DNA of 64,000 bases from Eubacterium sp. (GCA_021769965.1 JAETRU010000012.1:1215-65214), one strand, 5' to 3'; counted from the stretch's first letter, positions 17,010 through 26,520 are shown. A program made the numbers and translations. Notes: generated by a model from the sequence alone, not told the origin.

Positions 17010-17180
17010 TTTGGGCAGTTCTTCTGACTTAGACATCGGACGCCCTTATCTTGCCTTCCCGGTTTCCCAGTGACATTTATTAAGAAAGAGCTACGTCATT
17101 ACAGCGGCGTGACCGTGCAGGAGTTTCACCTGCTTCTCTTTTGACCCCCCCTCAAAAGGGACCCGTATACATTCAATTGT
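17010..17180 (-). ncRNA. cobalamin riboswitch 1 (cbiMNQO)
   Basis: Minus: AAAAGAGAAGCAGGTGAAACTCCTGCACGGTCACGCCGCTGTAA...CACTGGGAAACCGGGAAGG...AAGTCAGAAGAACTGCC. Confidence 0.92.
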
Positions 17181-17186
17181 AATTCA

Positions 17187-17216
17187 ATTATATTACTGAA
17201 AGCCGCGTTTTGTCAA
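17187..17216 (-). promoter_or_regulatory. sigmaA promoter for riboswitch 1/cbiM
   Basis: Minus TTGACA-18-TATAAT. Confidence 0.7.
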
Positions 17217-17324
17217 GCGGGGCAGACAGAGTTAAACGCAAAAATTTTCCTATACAAATGAAAGATTGTATGGTACAATGACCCATGTGAGCATTTGTAA
17301 CTCGAACAAATGAATGACTGAATT

Positions 17325-17497
17325 ACAACTGAATGATAAGTATTTCTTGTCTGTTTTTACAGCAAAGAGGGAAACAGGTGTAAATCCTGTGCGGTTGCCG
17401 CCGCTGTAAGGGAGAAGTCATGCCGGTATACCACTGGGCGTAAGGGTCTGGGAAGGTGCGCATGATGCAGATACCCGAGCCAGAAGACCTGCATGAA
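17325..17497 (+). ncRNA. cobalamin riboswitch 2 (repeat-protein gene and cbiK)
   Basis: AGAGGGAAACAGGTGTAAATCCTGTGCGGTTGCCGCCGCTGTAA...CACTGGG...GGGAAGG...GAGCCAGAAGACCTGC. Confidence 0.92.
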
Positions 17498-17556
17498 ATA
17501 CAGGAAGTTCCCTGACGGTTATCAGGCATCCTGAAAACAGATACAGAAAATACGGG

Positions 17557-17583
17557 CTGTAGCACATTGTGCTGCAGTTTTTT
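17557..17583 (+). terminator. leader terminator downstream of riboswitch 2
   Basis: CTGTAGCAC-ATT-GTGCTGCAG followed by T6. Confidence 0.7.
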
Positions 17584-17657
17584 ATATTCCGGAAAGTCTG
17601 CTGCTGAGGAGAATCGGCACATCCGGCTTTCTGATTATTTGCTGAGGTGAGATCAAA

Positions 17658-18689
17658 GTGGAAGTATTAGAGTTAGAGCAGAAGAAGAGATACCTGATAG
17701 AAAAAGTCAGCCGTAACTCCGATAAACGATATGGACAGGATGAAAAAACATCTGAAGTCTGGCAGGCTTACGCGATGGCAAGCCGGCAGGGGAAAAGTGT
17801 TTATCAAAGCTTTTCTGATGAAGAGCTGCTCGCTTATTTGAGAACTCTGGCCGGGGAACTGGGCCATGGGCCTGCACAGGCAGAGGTTTTCTGGGTATTG
17901 CGGGACTACATCAAACACAGGTTTGGCAAATGGCCTTATGCGCTGCGCGCAGCCGGACTTTCCGCGTCGGCAGGCAGAGGCGGGAAAACCATGGAGCAGA
18001 TGGAAAAGGAGAAACAGCACAAGGCATCCCTTCTTGCCGCAGTCAGGAAAAAAGCGATGGAGCTTGGCAAAATTCCGCATCCGGGAGACTTACCGGAGGT
18101 CTGTGAAGAGCTGAAAAAGTATTACAGCGGATGGACTTCTGTAATCAAGGCAGCAAAGCTGGATTCTGATTTTTTTAAGAAAGCGGTCCATAAGATCCCT
18201 GATCTGGAAACAGAATATGTGGATATGCTGGAAAAGGTAAAGAATTTTGCCTATGAAATAGGAAGAAGCCCTCTTCATGGAGAGATCGATCCGGCCGTGA
18301 AACAGGCGCTTATAGAAAGGTGCGGTTCCTGGCGCAACGCGCTGTATCAGATCGATCTGGAACCGGTACTGCGGATGGAGCCTTTTCATGACATTTACAT
18401 CGATCATAGAATGGCGGAAAACAGAAAGTGTCATTCTGACAGCCTCTACGGATGTTATTATAAAGTCCTGAATCTGGATGAAAGTGACAGAAAACGTCTT
18501 GCGAAGGTCAGAAACCGCTATCTGCGGGATGGGAAAATTCCGATGAAAAAAGAAGTACCCAAACAGCTCCGGCAGGATCTGCAGGAAAAATGCGGATCCT
18601 GGGGAAATGTACTGTATCAGATCGGCGTTACGCCGAAAGAGTATTATTTGGAAAAGCATAAAAAGAAAAACATTGTTCGTGAAAAGTGA
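17658..18689 (+). CDS. protein of four homing-endonuclease-associated-type helical repeats, no nuclease domain seen, 343 aa
   Basis: Repeats ending RFGKWPYALRAAGL, YYSGWTSVIKAAKL, RCGSWRNALYQIDL, KCGSWGNVLYQIGV, each preceded by a helix and G..P; GAGGTG RBS, GTG start. Confidence 0.75.
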   Translation: MEVLELEQKKRYLIEKVSRNSDKRYGQDEKTSEVWQAYAMASRQGKSVYQSFSDEELLAYLRTLAGELGHGPAQAEVFWVLRDYIKHRFGKWPYALRAAGLSASAGRGGKTMEQMEKEKQHKASLLAAVRKKAMELGKIPHPGDLPEVCEELKKYYSGWTSVIKAAKLDSDFFKKAVHKIPDLETEYVDMLEKVKNFAYEIGRSPLHGEIDPAVKQALIERCGSWRNALYQIDLEPVLRMEPFHDIYIDHRMAENRKCHSDSLYGCYYKVLNLDESDRKRLAKVRNRYLRDGKIPMKKEVPKQLRQDLQEKCGSWGNVLYQIGVTPKEYYLEKHKKKNIVREK

Positions 18690-18700
18690 GGAGAATTGTG

Positions 18701-19501
18701 ATGATGAAACAGAAACAGGATACTGCGATTTTGGTAGTAAGTTTTGGCACCAGCTACAACGACAACAGAAAAGTTACCATCGACGCCATTGAGCAGGCAA
18801 TTGCGGAGGCTTTTCCGGATTATCCGGTGCGGCGCGCTTTTACCAGTCAGATGATTATCAACAAACTGAAAAAAAGAGACGGACTTCATATTGATAACGA
18901 AGCAGAGTCCCTGCAGCATGCGGCGGCGGACGGTTTTAGAAAGCTGGCAGTACAGCCGACTCACCTGATGAACGGAACAGAGTACCACGATCTTCTGCGC
19001 GATGTCAAGGCACACAGCGACCTCTTTGACGCAGTCGTCATGGGAGAGCCTCTTTTAACAGATCCGGAGGATTTTGAACAGGTGGCTGCCGCCATGGCAG
19101 AAGACACGAAAGCGCTGACGGACGAAAAGACTGCTGTGGTGCTGATGGGACACGGAACTGGCGCAGAAGCGAACAGGGTATATTTTGACCTGCAGGATGA
19201 ACTGAAAAAACAGGGACATCACAACTACTTTATCGCTACCGTCGAGGCAGTGCCGACCTTAGAGGACATTCTTCCTGCTTTAAAAGCAGGCGGCTATGAA
19301 AAAATCGTTCTGCAGCCTCTGATGATCGTTGCCGGCGACCATGCCAACAACGATATGGCAAGTGATGATGAGGATTCATGGAAAACGATTCTGGAAAAGG
19401 AAGGCTACGAAGTGCAGTGCGTGCTTCGGGGCATGGGCCAGATCCCGGCAATCAGGAAGATCTTTGCCCGTCATGCAGAGCGCGCGGTAAAACAGCTTTG
19501 A
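18701..19501 (+). CDS. cbiK: sirohydrochlorin cobaltochelatase
   Basis: ILVVSFGTS, AFTS, LMGHGT, LMIVAGDHANNDM. Confidence 0.95.
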   Translation: MMKQKQDTAILVVSFGTSYNDNRKVTIDAIEQAIAEAFPDYPVRRAFTSQMIINKLKKRDGLHIDNEAESLQHAAADGFRKLAVQPTHLMNGTEYHDLLRDVKAHSDLFDAVVMGEPLLTDPEDFEQVAAAMAEDTKALTDEKTAVVLMGHGTGAEANRVYFDLQDELKKQGHHNYFIATVEAVPTLEDILPALKAGGYEKIVLQPLMIVAGDHANNDMASDDEDSWKTILEKEGYEVQCVLRGMGQIPAIRKIFARHAERAVKQL

Positions 19502-19531
19502 CCGGCGGCTGAATCCGGCGTAAAATGGCAG

Positions 19532-19560
19532 TTGACAGTGGAATACGATTGTAATATAAT
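19532..19560 (+). promoter_or_regulatory. consensus sigmaA promoter of the main cbi/hem operon
   Basis: TTGACA-17-TATAAT. Confidence 0.85.
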
Positions 19561-19574
19561 TTTGTTAAGCAACT

Positions 19575-19748
19575 TGAAAATATTGGTTGATAAAATCGTA
19601 ATATGGAATCAGGTGAGAGTCCTGAACAGTCCTGCTGCCGTAATGACGGAGCTTTTTTGCAAGGCGTACAGCCAGTCACTGGGAATGTTTCCCGGGAAGG
19701 CGCATAGAGAGCATTGACGTCAGAGTCGGAAGACATCCCAATATTTGA
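19575..19748 (+). ncRNA. cobalamin riboswitch 3 (cbiD operon)
   Basis: P1 AATATTGG (19579-19586)/CCAATATT (19738-19745); GGAATCAGGTGAGAGTCCTGAACAGTCCTGCTGCCGTAA...CACTGGGAA...GGGAAGG...GAGTCGGAAGAC. Confidence 0.9.
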
Positions 19749-19868
19749 CCGTGAAAGTCACAGGATATGAGTTTTAGGGTAATAGATTTAGTTGATCTTT
19801 CGACGAACAGATTCCCGGTAAGCAGAAGATGCCCGCTCGAAGAAATCAACTTTATAGAGCAGATATCT

Positions 19869-19898
19869 AAGCCCGAATCCTGTGGATTCGGGCTTTTT
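19869..19898 (+). terminator. leader terminator before cbiD
   Basis: AAGCCCGAATCC-TGT-GGATTCGGGCTT then T-run. Confidence 0.75.
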
Positions 19899-19945
19899 CA
19901 GTTTTCGCCGGCGGCGAAAACTGAAAGGCTGGAAGAAAGGATAGT

Positions 19946-21118
19946 ATGGAGAAATTTACCGTCAAAAATGGAAAAAAACTAAAATATGGTTTTACGACCG
20001 GAAGCTGTGCTGCCGCGGCAGCTGCTTCGGCAGCGGCTATGCTTTTTTCGGGAGAAAAAATTTCAGAGGCGGAAATTATACTGCCGGCAGGTGAAAAAAT
20101 CACGCTGCAGGTCAGTAATATAGATATGCAGAAAAGTATCGTGCGCTGCGCCGTAATAAAAGACGGCGGTGATGATCCTGACGCGACCCACGGCGCGGAA
20201 ATCACCGCTGCTGTCAGCAGGAACCCTATTGATGCGGCTGTGCCGGCAGAAAGCAGAAACGGGATCACGCTCCTTGGAGGCAGCGGCGTTGGTATCGTTA
20301 CCGCGAGGGGGTTGCAGTGCTCTGTAGGCGAACCTGCCATCAACCCGGTGCCGCGGCGGATGATTTTTGAAAACGTAGAGCGGATGCGCGCAAAATTCGG
20401 AAAAACGGAAGAACCTCTGTATGTAGAAATCTCAGTGCCTTCAGGCGAGGAGACCGCGAAAAAAACATATAATCCGAGGCTGGGTATCGTCGGAGGCATC
20501 TCTATTCTCGGCACGACGGGAATTGTAGATCCGATGAGCGAGAAAGCCCTCGTGGATACCATCAAGATCGTAATTGACAAGCAGTATCAGGAAAATCCGA
20601 AGAGGATCCTGATCGCGCCGGGAAACTACGGCAGAGATTTCTGCAGAGATTATCTGGGTCTTGATGTGGAAAAGGCAGTACCTGTCTCCAATTACATTGG
20701 CGAAGCCCTGGATTATATAAAGTTTAAAGGCTTTGAGGAAATTCTGCTGGTAGGTCACACCGGAAAGCTGATCAAGCTGGCGGCGGGGATCATGAATACC
20801 CATTCTTCCTATGCAGACGGCAGAATGGAGATCATCGGCGTGCACAGCGCGATCTGCGGCGCAGACAGCGATACCGTAAAGGGCATAATGGAGTGCATTA
20901 CCACCGACGAAGCCTTCGGGCTGATTGAAACAAAACCCTATTATGAAGACGTGAAAGCGCGAATCCTGGAAAAGGTGCTGTATCATCTGCGCTTTCGTCT
21001 GAAAGAACAAGTGAAGATAGAAACAATTCTGTTTACCACAGACAGAAACCATATTATGAAAAGCGCCGGCGCGGACCGGCTTTCTGAAAAGATAAGAAAG
21101 GATATGAAACAAATATGA
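19946..21118 (+). CDS. cbiD: cobalt-precorrin-5B C1-methyltransferase
   Basis: LKYGFTTGSCAAAA, KDGGDDPDATHG, AINPVPR, GGISILGTTG. Confidence 0.95.
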   Translation: MEKFTVKNGKKLKYGFTTGSCAAAAAASAAAMLFSGEKISEAEIILPAGEKITLQVSNIDMQKSIVRCAVIKDGGDDPDATHGAEITAAVSRNPIDAAVPAESRNGITLLGGSGVGIVTARGLQCSVGEPAINPVPRRMIFENVERMRAKFGKTEEPLYVEISVPSGEETAKKTYNPRLGIVGGISILGTTGIVDPMSEKALVDTIKIVIDKQYQENPKRILIAPGNYGRDFCRDYLGLDVEKAVPVSNYIGEALDYIKFKGFEEILLVGHTGKLIKLAAGIMNTHSSYADGRMEIIGVHSAICGADSDTVKGIMECITTDEAFGLIETKPYYEDVKARILEKVLYHLRFRLKEQVKIETILFTTDRNHIMKSAGADRLSEKIRKDMKQI

Positions 21119-21801
21119 GCGGAAAATTTTATGCAGTGGGTGTGGGACCGGGAGACCCGCAGCTGCTTACAGTGAAAGCGATCAATGTGATGAAAGCCTG
21201 TCAGGTGATCGCAGTGCCGAAAAGCGGCGCGTCAGAAAATATTGCGCTGAAAATCGCCGGTGATTATATTCGCGGCAAAGAGATCCTGGAATGCGACATG
21301 CCTATGATCAAGGACAAAGAAGAACTGGAGCGGTATCACGAGCAGTCGGCGGATACGATTGCGGAAATTCTGACGCAGGGAAAAGACGTCGCTTTTCTGA
21401 CCCTGGGAGATCCTGCGATTTACAGCACGGTCATGTATGTACACAGAAAATTGACAGCGCGGGGTCATGAGACCGCTATGGTACCGGGCATCCCGTCTTT
21501 TTGCGGCGCGGCGGCAAGTCTGAACACGTCTCTGTGCGAGCGGGATGAAATGCTGCACGTGATTCCGGCAACCTATAAGGGCAGTCAGGCGGAAGTTCTG
21601 GACGGTACCAGAGTGCTGATGAAGTCAGGCAGAAGCATCATGCAGATCAAAGAGCAGCTGGCTGAGAAAAAAGCTATGATGGTAGAATGCGCCACCATGG
21701 AAAACGAAAAGGTCTATCATGATTTAAACGACCTGAAAGAACAGTCCAGTTATTTTTCGTTAATCGTAATTCCTTCAGAAGACAGACAAAAGGAGAGTTA
21801 A
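21115..21801 (+). CDS. cbiL: cobalt-precorrin-2 C20-methyltransferase
   Basis: GVGPGDPQLLT, FLTLGDP..YST. Confidence 0.9.
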   Translation: MSGKFYAVGVGPGDPQLLTVKAINVMKACQVIAVPKSGASENIALKIAGDYIRGKEILECDMPMIKDKEELERYHEQSADTIAEILTQGKDVAFLTLGDPAIYSTVMYVHRKLTARGHETAMVPGIPSFCGAAASLNTSLCERDEMLHVIPATYKGSQAEVLDGTRVLMKSGRSIMQIKEQLAEKKAMMVECATMENEKVYHDLNDLKEQSSYFSLIVIPSEDRQKES

Positions 21802-21804
21802 ACT

Positions 21805-22554
21805 ATGATCTATTTTATCGGAGCAGGACCGGGCGCGGCGGATCTGATTACGGTCAGAGGCGCGGAGCTTCTGAAAAAAGCAGATGTTATCATCTATGCG
21901 GGTTCTCTTGTGAATCCGGCGCTTCTGGACTACGCAAAAGAAACATGCAAGATTTATAACAGCGCGAAAATGACATTAGAAGAAGTCATCGATGTAATGA
22001 GAGAAAATCGCGGCAGGGAGGTCGTGAGACTTCACACGGGTGACCCCTGCATCTACGGCGCCATCAGAGAGCAGATGGATATTCTGGACCGGGAGCAGAT
22101 GGAATATGTTTCGGTACCGGGCGTCAGCTCCTTTATCGGCGCTGCCGCAGCGCTGAACGCAGAGTACACTCTGCCGAATGTGAGCCAGACCGTGATTCTG
22201 ACAAGAATGGCAGGAAGAACGCCGGTGCCTGAAAAGGAAGAGATTTCCAAACTGGCGGCCCACGGCGCGACCATGGTCGTTTTCCTGACTTCCACGATGC
22301 TGGAGGAGCTGTCTGAACGGCTCATCGCAGGCGGCTATGAACCGGACAGTCCGGCAGCCATCGTCTATAAAGCGACCTGGCCGGATGAAAAGGTAATTCG
22401 CACTACTGTGAAAGATATCGCGAAAGCCGCGGAAGAAAACGGCATCAATAAGATGGCACTGATTATGGTAGGTGGTTTTTTGGGCAGTGAATATGAGCGT
22501 TCCAAACTCTATGATCCATCCTTTACCCACCTGTTTCGAGAGGCAACGAAATAA
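21805..22554 (+). CDS. cbiF: cobalt-precorrin-4 C11-methyltransferase
   Basis: FIGAGPGAADLITVRG, RLHTGDP, SQTVILTR. Confidence 0.93.
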   Translation: MIYFIGAGPGAADLITVRGAELLKKADVIIYAGSLVNPALLDYAKETCKIYNSAKMTLEEVIDVMRENRGREVVRLHTGDPCIYGAIREQMDILDREQMEYVSVPGVSSFIGAAAALNAEYTLPNVSQTVILTRMAGRTPVPEKEEISKLAAHGATMVVFLTSTMLEELSERLIAGGYEPDSPAAIVYKATWPDEKVIRTTVKDIAKAAEENGINKMALIMVGGFLGSEYERSKLYDPSFTHLFREATK

Positions 22555-23567
22555 TGAAGAACATCGGTATTGTGGCCTTTACGGCAAGAGGCTGTCATCT
22601 GGCGCAAAAAATCGCAGGAAAAATCGCAGCAGATCTGCAGAATGCTTACAGCGTAGAGCTGTTTGAAAAAGAAAAAGAAGGCGCCAGAGAATATCTGGAA
22701 AGAAATTTCAATAAAAAAGACACCTTCCTTTTTATCTGCGCTGCGGGAATCGCGGTCCGTCTCATCGCGCCGCTGATCAAATCCAAAGACCAGGATCCCG
22801 CGGTGGTAGTCATGGATGAGTTCGGCAGATTTTCTGTTCCGCTGCTTTCCGGCCACCTGGGCGGCGCAAACGAAGCCGCGGCTGAATTCGCGAAGATGAC
22901 AGACGCGCAGCTGGTACTGACCACAGCCACCGATATCAACGGACAGTTTGCGGTGGATGTCTGGAGCAAATACGCAGGCTGTCACATCATGGACATCAGT
23001 AAGATCAAACTGGTTTCATCAGCCGTGCTGCGGGGAGAAAAGGTCGGCATTTCCAGCGGGTTTCCGTTTGAAGGGGATATGCCGGGCGCTCTGACCCTGG
23101 ACGATGTGGAAACCGGCATCTGCGTCAGTCTGGCAGGAAACCAGAAGACTTATGAGAATACCCTCAATCTGGTGCCCCGCATTGTGACAGTGGGCGCAGG
23201 CTGCAGAAAAGGCGTCAGCGCGGAAGTCTTTGAAAAATTCATTCTGAAGCAGCTGGCAATGAAAAATATCGCAATTGAGGCGGTAGAACAGGTTGCTTCC
23301 ATTGAACTGAAAAAATATGAGCCATGTATACTGGCTTTCTGTGACAAATACAAAATTCCTTTTGTCACTTTCACTGCCGAAGAGCTGCAGCGCGTGGAAG
23401 GCGACTTTCCGTCATCGGACTTAGTGAAAACAGTCACCGGTACGGATAATGTCTGCGAGCGCAGCGCAGTGCTGGCGAGCAGTTACGGAACAAGAATATT
23501 ATCGAAGACCAGCGGAAGCGGGTGTACCTGCGCCCTGGCTATGAGAGATTGGAAGTGTAAATTTTGA
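22554..23567 (+). CDS. cbiG: cobalt-precorrin-5A hydrolase
   Basis: AAGIAVR, KDQDPAVVV, LSGHLGGAN, VGAGCRKG, VCERSA. Confidence 0.93.
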   Translation: MKNIGIVAFTARGCHLAQKIAGKIAADLQNAYSVELFEKEKEGAREYLERNFNKKDTFLFICAAGIAVRLIAPLIKSKDQDPAVVVMDEFGRFSVPLLSGHLGGANEAAAEFAKMTDAQLVLTTATDINGQFAVDVWSKYAGCHIMDISKIKLVSSAVLRGEKVGISSGFPFEGDMPGALTLDDVETGICVSLAGNQKTYENTLNLVPRIVTVGAGCRKGVSAEVFEKFILKQLAMKNIAIEAVEQVASIELKKYEPCILAFCDKYKIPFVTFTAEELQRVEGDFPSSDLVKTVTGTDNVCERSAVLASSYGTRILSKTSGSGCTCALAMRDWKCKF

Positions 23568-24568
23568 ATATCATCATGTCATATATCGACTATAACATGG
23601 CGGGACTGGGAGAGAGAGAAGTATTCTCCTGCACCAAAACGCAGACTGCGGACATTTATGACAAGCTGAAAGCAAAGAAAGAAATACTGGGCGCGGTGCT
23701 GATCGCCACCTGCAACAGGACAGAGCTTTACCTTTCTCTTGCAGAAGGAGCGAGCCTGAATCCTTTCAGAGAGCTTTGCGCGGCGATCAATGTGGATTAT
23801 GATGCTTATGCGCATATGAACAGAACGATAGCGGGAGATGAGGCAATCGTTCATCTCTGCAAAGTCGCTTCAGGCGCGGAGTCTCAGATCTGGGGAGATG
23901 ATCAGATCGTGACACAGGTGGATGACGCTGTAAAAGCCGCACAGAAGGCAGGGGCTACGGATACGTATCTCAATGTGATTTTCCGAAATGGCGTCAGCGC
24001 CGGTAAAAAGGTGAAGACGCTGGTGGATTTTAAGGTGGATGATAATTCTACCGCTTCAAGGGCAGTCAGACTGATTCGTACCAACCCGGCGATCCACAAG
24101 GTGCTTGTCATCGGAAACGGGATGATCGGCCGTCTGGTAGCGGAGCTTCTGGCAAAAGAAGGACTCTCGCCGATGATGACCCTGCGTCAGTACAGACATG
24201 GGGAAAATATTATCCCAAAAGGCGTGGAAACGGTGAACTACGGCAGCCGCTACGAGGCCATCGCCAAGGCAGACGCAGTAGTCAGCGCGACTCTGAGTCC
24301 CCATTACACAGTGACTTATGAAGAAGTCAGCCGCATGGAAAGGATTCCGGAGGTTTTCATCGATCTGGCAGTGCCGAGAGATATCGATCCGAAAGTCGAG
24401 GAGATCTCCCATGTGCGCTATTACGATATCGACACCCTTGGCAGAGATGTAAGAGATGCCAAGCAGGAAGAACAGATGCAGGAGATCGAAGCGATCATTG
24501 ATAAATATATGGACGACTTCCACAAATGGCTCAGCTTTCGGGAGCGTCTTTTGAAAGAGGAAAACTAA
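23564..24568 (+). CDS. hemA: glutamyl-tRNA reductase (short form, 334 aa)
   Basis: ATCNRTELY catalytic motif, ESQIWGDDQIVTQV, VIGNGMIG, DLAVPRDID. Confidence 0.88.
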   Translation: MNIIMSYIDYNMAGLGEREVFSCTKTQTADIYDKLKAKKEILGAVLIATCNRTELYLSLAEGASLNPFRELCAAINVDYDAYAHMNRTIAGDEAIVHLCKVASGAESQIWGDDQIVTQVDDAVKAAQKAGATDTYLNVIFRNGVSAGKKVKTLVDFKVDDNSTASRAVRLIRTNPAIHKVLVIGNGMIGRLVAELLAKEGLSPMMTLRQYRHGENIIPKGVETVNYGSRYEAIAKADAVVSATLSPHYTVTYEEVSRMERIPEVFIDLAVPRDIDPKVEEISHVRYYDIDTLGRDVRDAKQEEQMQEIEAIIDKYMDDFHKWLSFRERLLKEEN

Positions 24569-25300
24569 ATGAAAATATATGTAGTAGGGATCGGTCCCGG
24601 AAATAAAGAATATATGACGCCGCAGGCAGAAGCTGCCATCAGAGAGAGCGACGTCGTGGTAGGCTACACACTGTATGTGGATCTGGTAAAAGATCTGACC
24701 GCTGGAAAAGAAATCAAATCAACCGCGATGAAACAGGAAGTGGATCGCTGCAAGCTGGCACTGGAATCTGCTCTTTCCGGAAAGACAGTTGCCTTTGTCT
24801 GCAGCGGCGACGCCGGCGTTTACGGCATGGCAGGGGTCATGGCAGAAGTAGCGGAGGAACATCCGGAAGTGGAGATCGTCACTGTGCCCGGCATTACAGC
24901 GGCATGCAGCGGCGCGGCAGTTCTGGGAGCGCCGCTGATCCACGACTTTGCGGTCATTTCCCTGTCTGACCTTCTGACGCCGTGGGAAAAGATCGAAAAG
25001 AGACTGCGCCTTGCGGCGGAAGCGGATTTTGTAGTCTGCATGTACAATCCGAAGAGCAAGAAGCGTCATGACTATATTGATAAAGCAGCCGAGATTATGA
25101 GCTGCGCCAAAGCATGGGATACGCCATGCGGCTATGTGAAAAATATCGGCAGAGACGGCGAAACCGCAGTAGTCTGCACTCTGGCTGATTTAAAGAACAA
25201 CGAAGATATCGACATGTTTACGACCGTTTTTGTGGGAAACAGTCAGACGAAAATCATCAACGGAAAGCTGGTAACTCCTCGTGGATACAAAGGCGTGTAA
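24569..25300 (+). CDS. cbiH: cobalt-precorrin-3B C17-methyltransferase
   Basis: VVGIGPG, SGDAGVYGMAG, ISLSDLLTPW, TPRGY. Confidence 0.95.
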   Translation: MKIYVVGIGPGNKEYMTPQAEAAIRESDVVVGYTLYVDLVKDLTAGKEIKSTAMKQEVDRCKLALESALSGKTVAFVCSGDAGVYGMAGVMAEVAEEHPEVEIVTVPGITAACSGAAVLGAPLIHDFAVISLSDLLTPWEKIEKRLRLAAEADFVVCMYNPKSKKRHDYIDKAAEIMSCAKAWDTPCGYVKNIGRDGETAVVCTLADLKNNEDIDMFTTVFVGNSQTKIINGKLVTPRGYKGV

Positions 25301-26066
25301 GAAAAAGAGGATTCTGGTCTTTGCCGGTACGAAGGAAGGACATCAGCTGGCAAAGGCATTCGAGGAGAAGGGATTTTTGCCCTTTGCTGATTTCTGCGTC
25401 GCCACAGAATATGGCAGCGAAGTGCTCTCCGATATCCCAGGTCTTTCTGTGATGGAGGGAAGGCTTACCCTTTCCGATATGAAGAAGCTTTTAGGAGATA
25501 AACCATACGGCCTGGTAATTGACGCGACGCATCCTTACGCTGCCGTCGTCACGGGAAATATCAGAAAGGCCTGCGAAAGCCGGACCATACCTTATGTAAG
25601 GCTTCTCCGGGATGCGGGAAGTACAGAATATGACGGCATTACGGCGGTTGCGTCCATCGAAGAGGCAGTAGAACTTCTGAATCGGTGCGACGATAAGGTC
25701 CTTTTGACGACCGGCGCCAAAGAGCTTGGAAAGTATAAGGGAATTAAAAATCTGAAGGAACGTGTGGCCGCCAGAGTCCTGCCAAGTCCTGCGTCGCTGG
25801 AAAGCTGCAGGGAGGCAGGAATCGCGCCAAAGCATATTATCGCCATGCAGGGACCTTTTACTGAAAAGATGAATCTGGCGATGATGGAGCAGTACGGATG
25901 CACGATTCTTGTGACAAAGAATACAGGTAAGGCCGGCGGGTTTGATGATAAGGTGGCATGCCTGCGCGCGGGATACCGGCTGATCGTTATCGGCAGACCT
26001 GCTGAGGAGACGGGTTTTAGCCTCGAAGAAGTGATGAGGAAAGTGGTGGCGTTTTATGCAGAATAG
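25281..26066 (+). CDS. cbiJ: cobalt-precorrin-6A reductase (start uncertain)
   Basis: ILVFAGTKEG, IDATHPYA, IAMQGPF, LVTKNTG. Confidence 0.92.
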   Translation: MDTKACKKKRILVFAGTKEGHQLAKAFEEKGFLPFADFCVATEYGSEVLSDIPGLSVMEGRLTLSDMKKLLGDKPYGLVIDATHPYAAVVTGNIRKACESRTIPYVRLLRDAGSTEYDGITAVASIEEAVELLNRCDDKVLLTTGAKELGKYKGIKNLKERVAARVLPSPASLESCREAGIAPKHIIAMQGPFTEKMNLAMMEQYGCTILVTKNTGKAGGFDDKVACLRAGYRLIVIGRPAEETGFSLEEVMRKVVAFYAE

Positions 26067-26520
26067 ATATTTTCCGATATTTGTACCTTCTGCGGAGAAA
26101 ACAGTGGTCGTCATCGGCGGAGGCAATATCGCTTCCAGAAGAATCAGGACCCTGATGGAATTTGACTTTCAGGTAACAGTGGCTGCGCCATGGGTTTCCG
26201 ATGAGGTGAAAGCGCTTTCCGAAGCGGGTAAACTGAAATGGATAGAGAAACCTTATGAAAAGCAGGTCATTGCGGACGCTTTCATGGTTCTCGCCTGTAC
26301 CGATGACAGAGAGACCAACAGAAGAATCGGTCTTGACGCAAAAGCCGCCGGCATTTTAGTCAGTGTCTGCGACAGCAGAGCAGAGTGCACGTTCTATTTT
26401 CCTGCCATTGCGGCGGGAGAGGAAGTGACCTGCGGCATTGTGGGAAGCGGCAAAGATCATCACGTAACCCGCAGGGCAGCGAAAAAAGTAAGAGAAATCA
26501 TAAAAGGAAAGGCGTACTGA
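26056..26520 (+). CDS. sirC: precorrin-2 dehydrogenase / sirohydrochlorin ferrochelatase family (SirC/CysG N-terminal)
   Basis: VVVIGGGNIASRR, LACTDD...N. Confidence 0.8.
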   Translation: MQNRYFPIFVPSAEKTVVVIGGGNIASRRIRTLMEFDFQVTVAAPWVSDEVKALSEAGKLKWIEKPYEKQVIADAFMVLACTDDRETNRRIGLDAKAAGILVSVCDSRAECTFYFPAIAAGEEVTCGIVGSGKDHHVTRRAAKKVREIIKGKAY

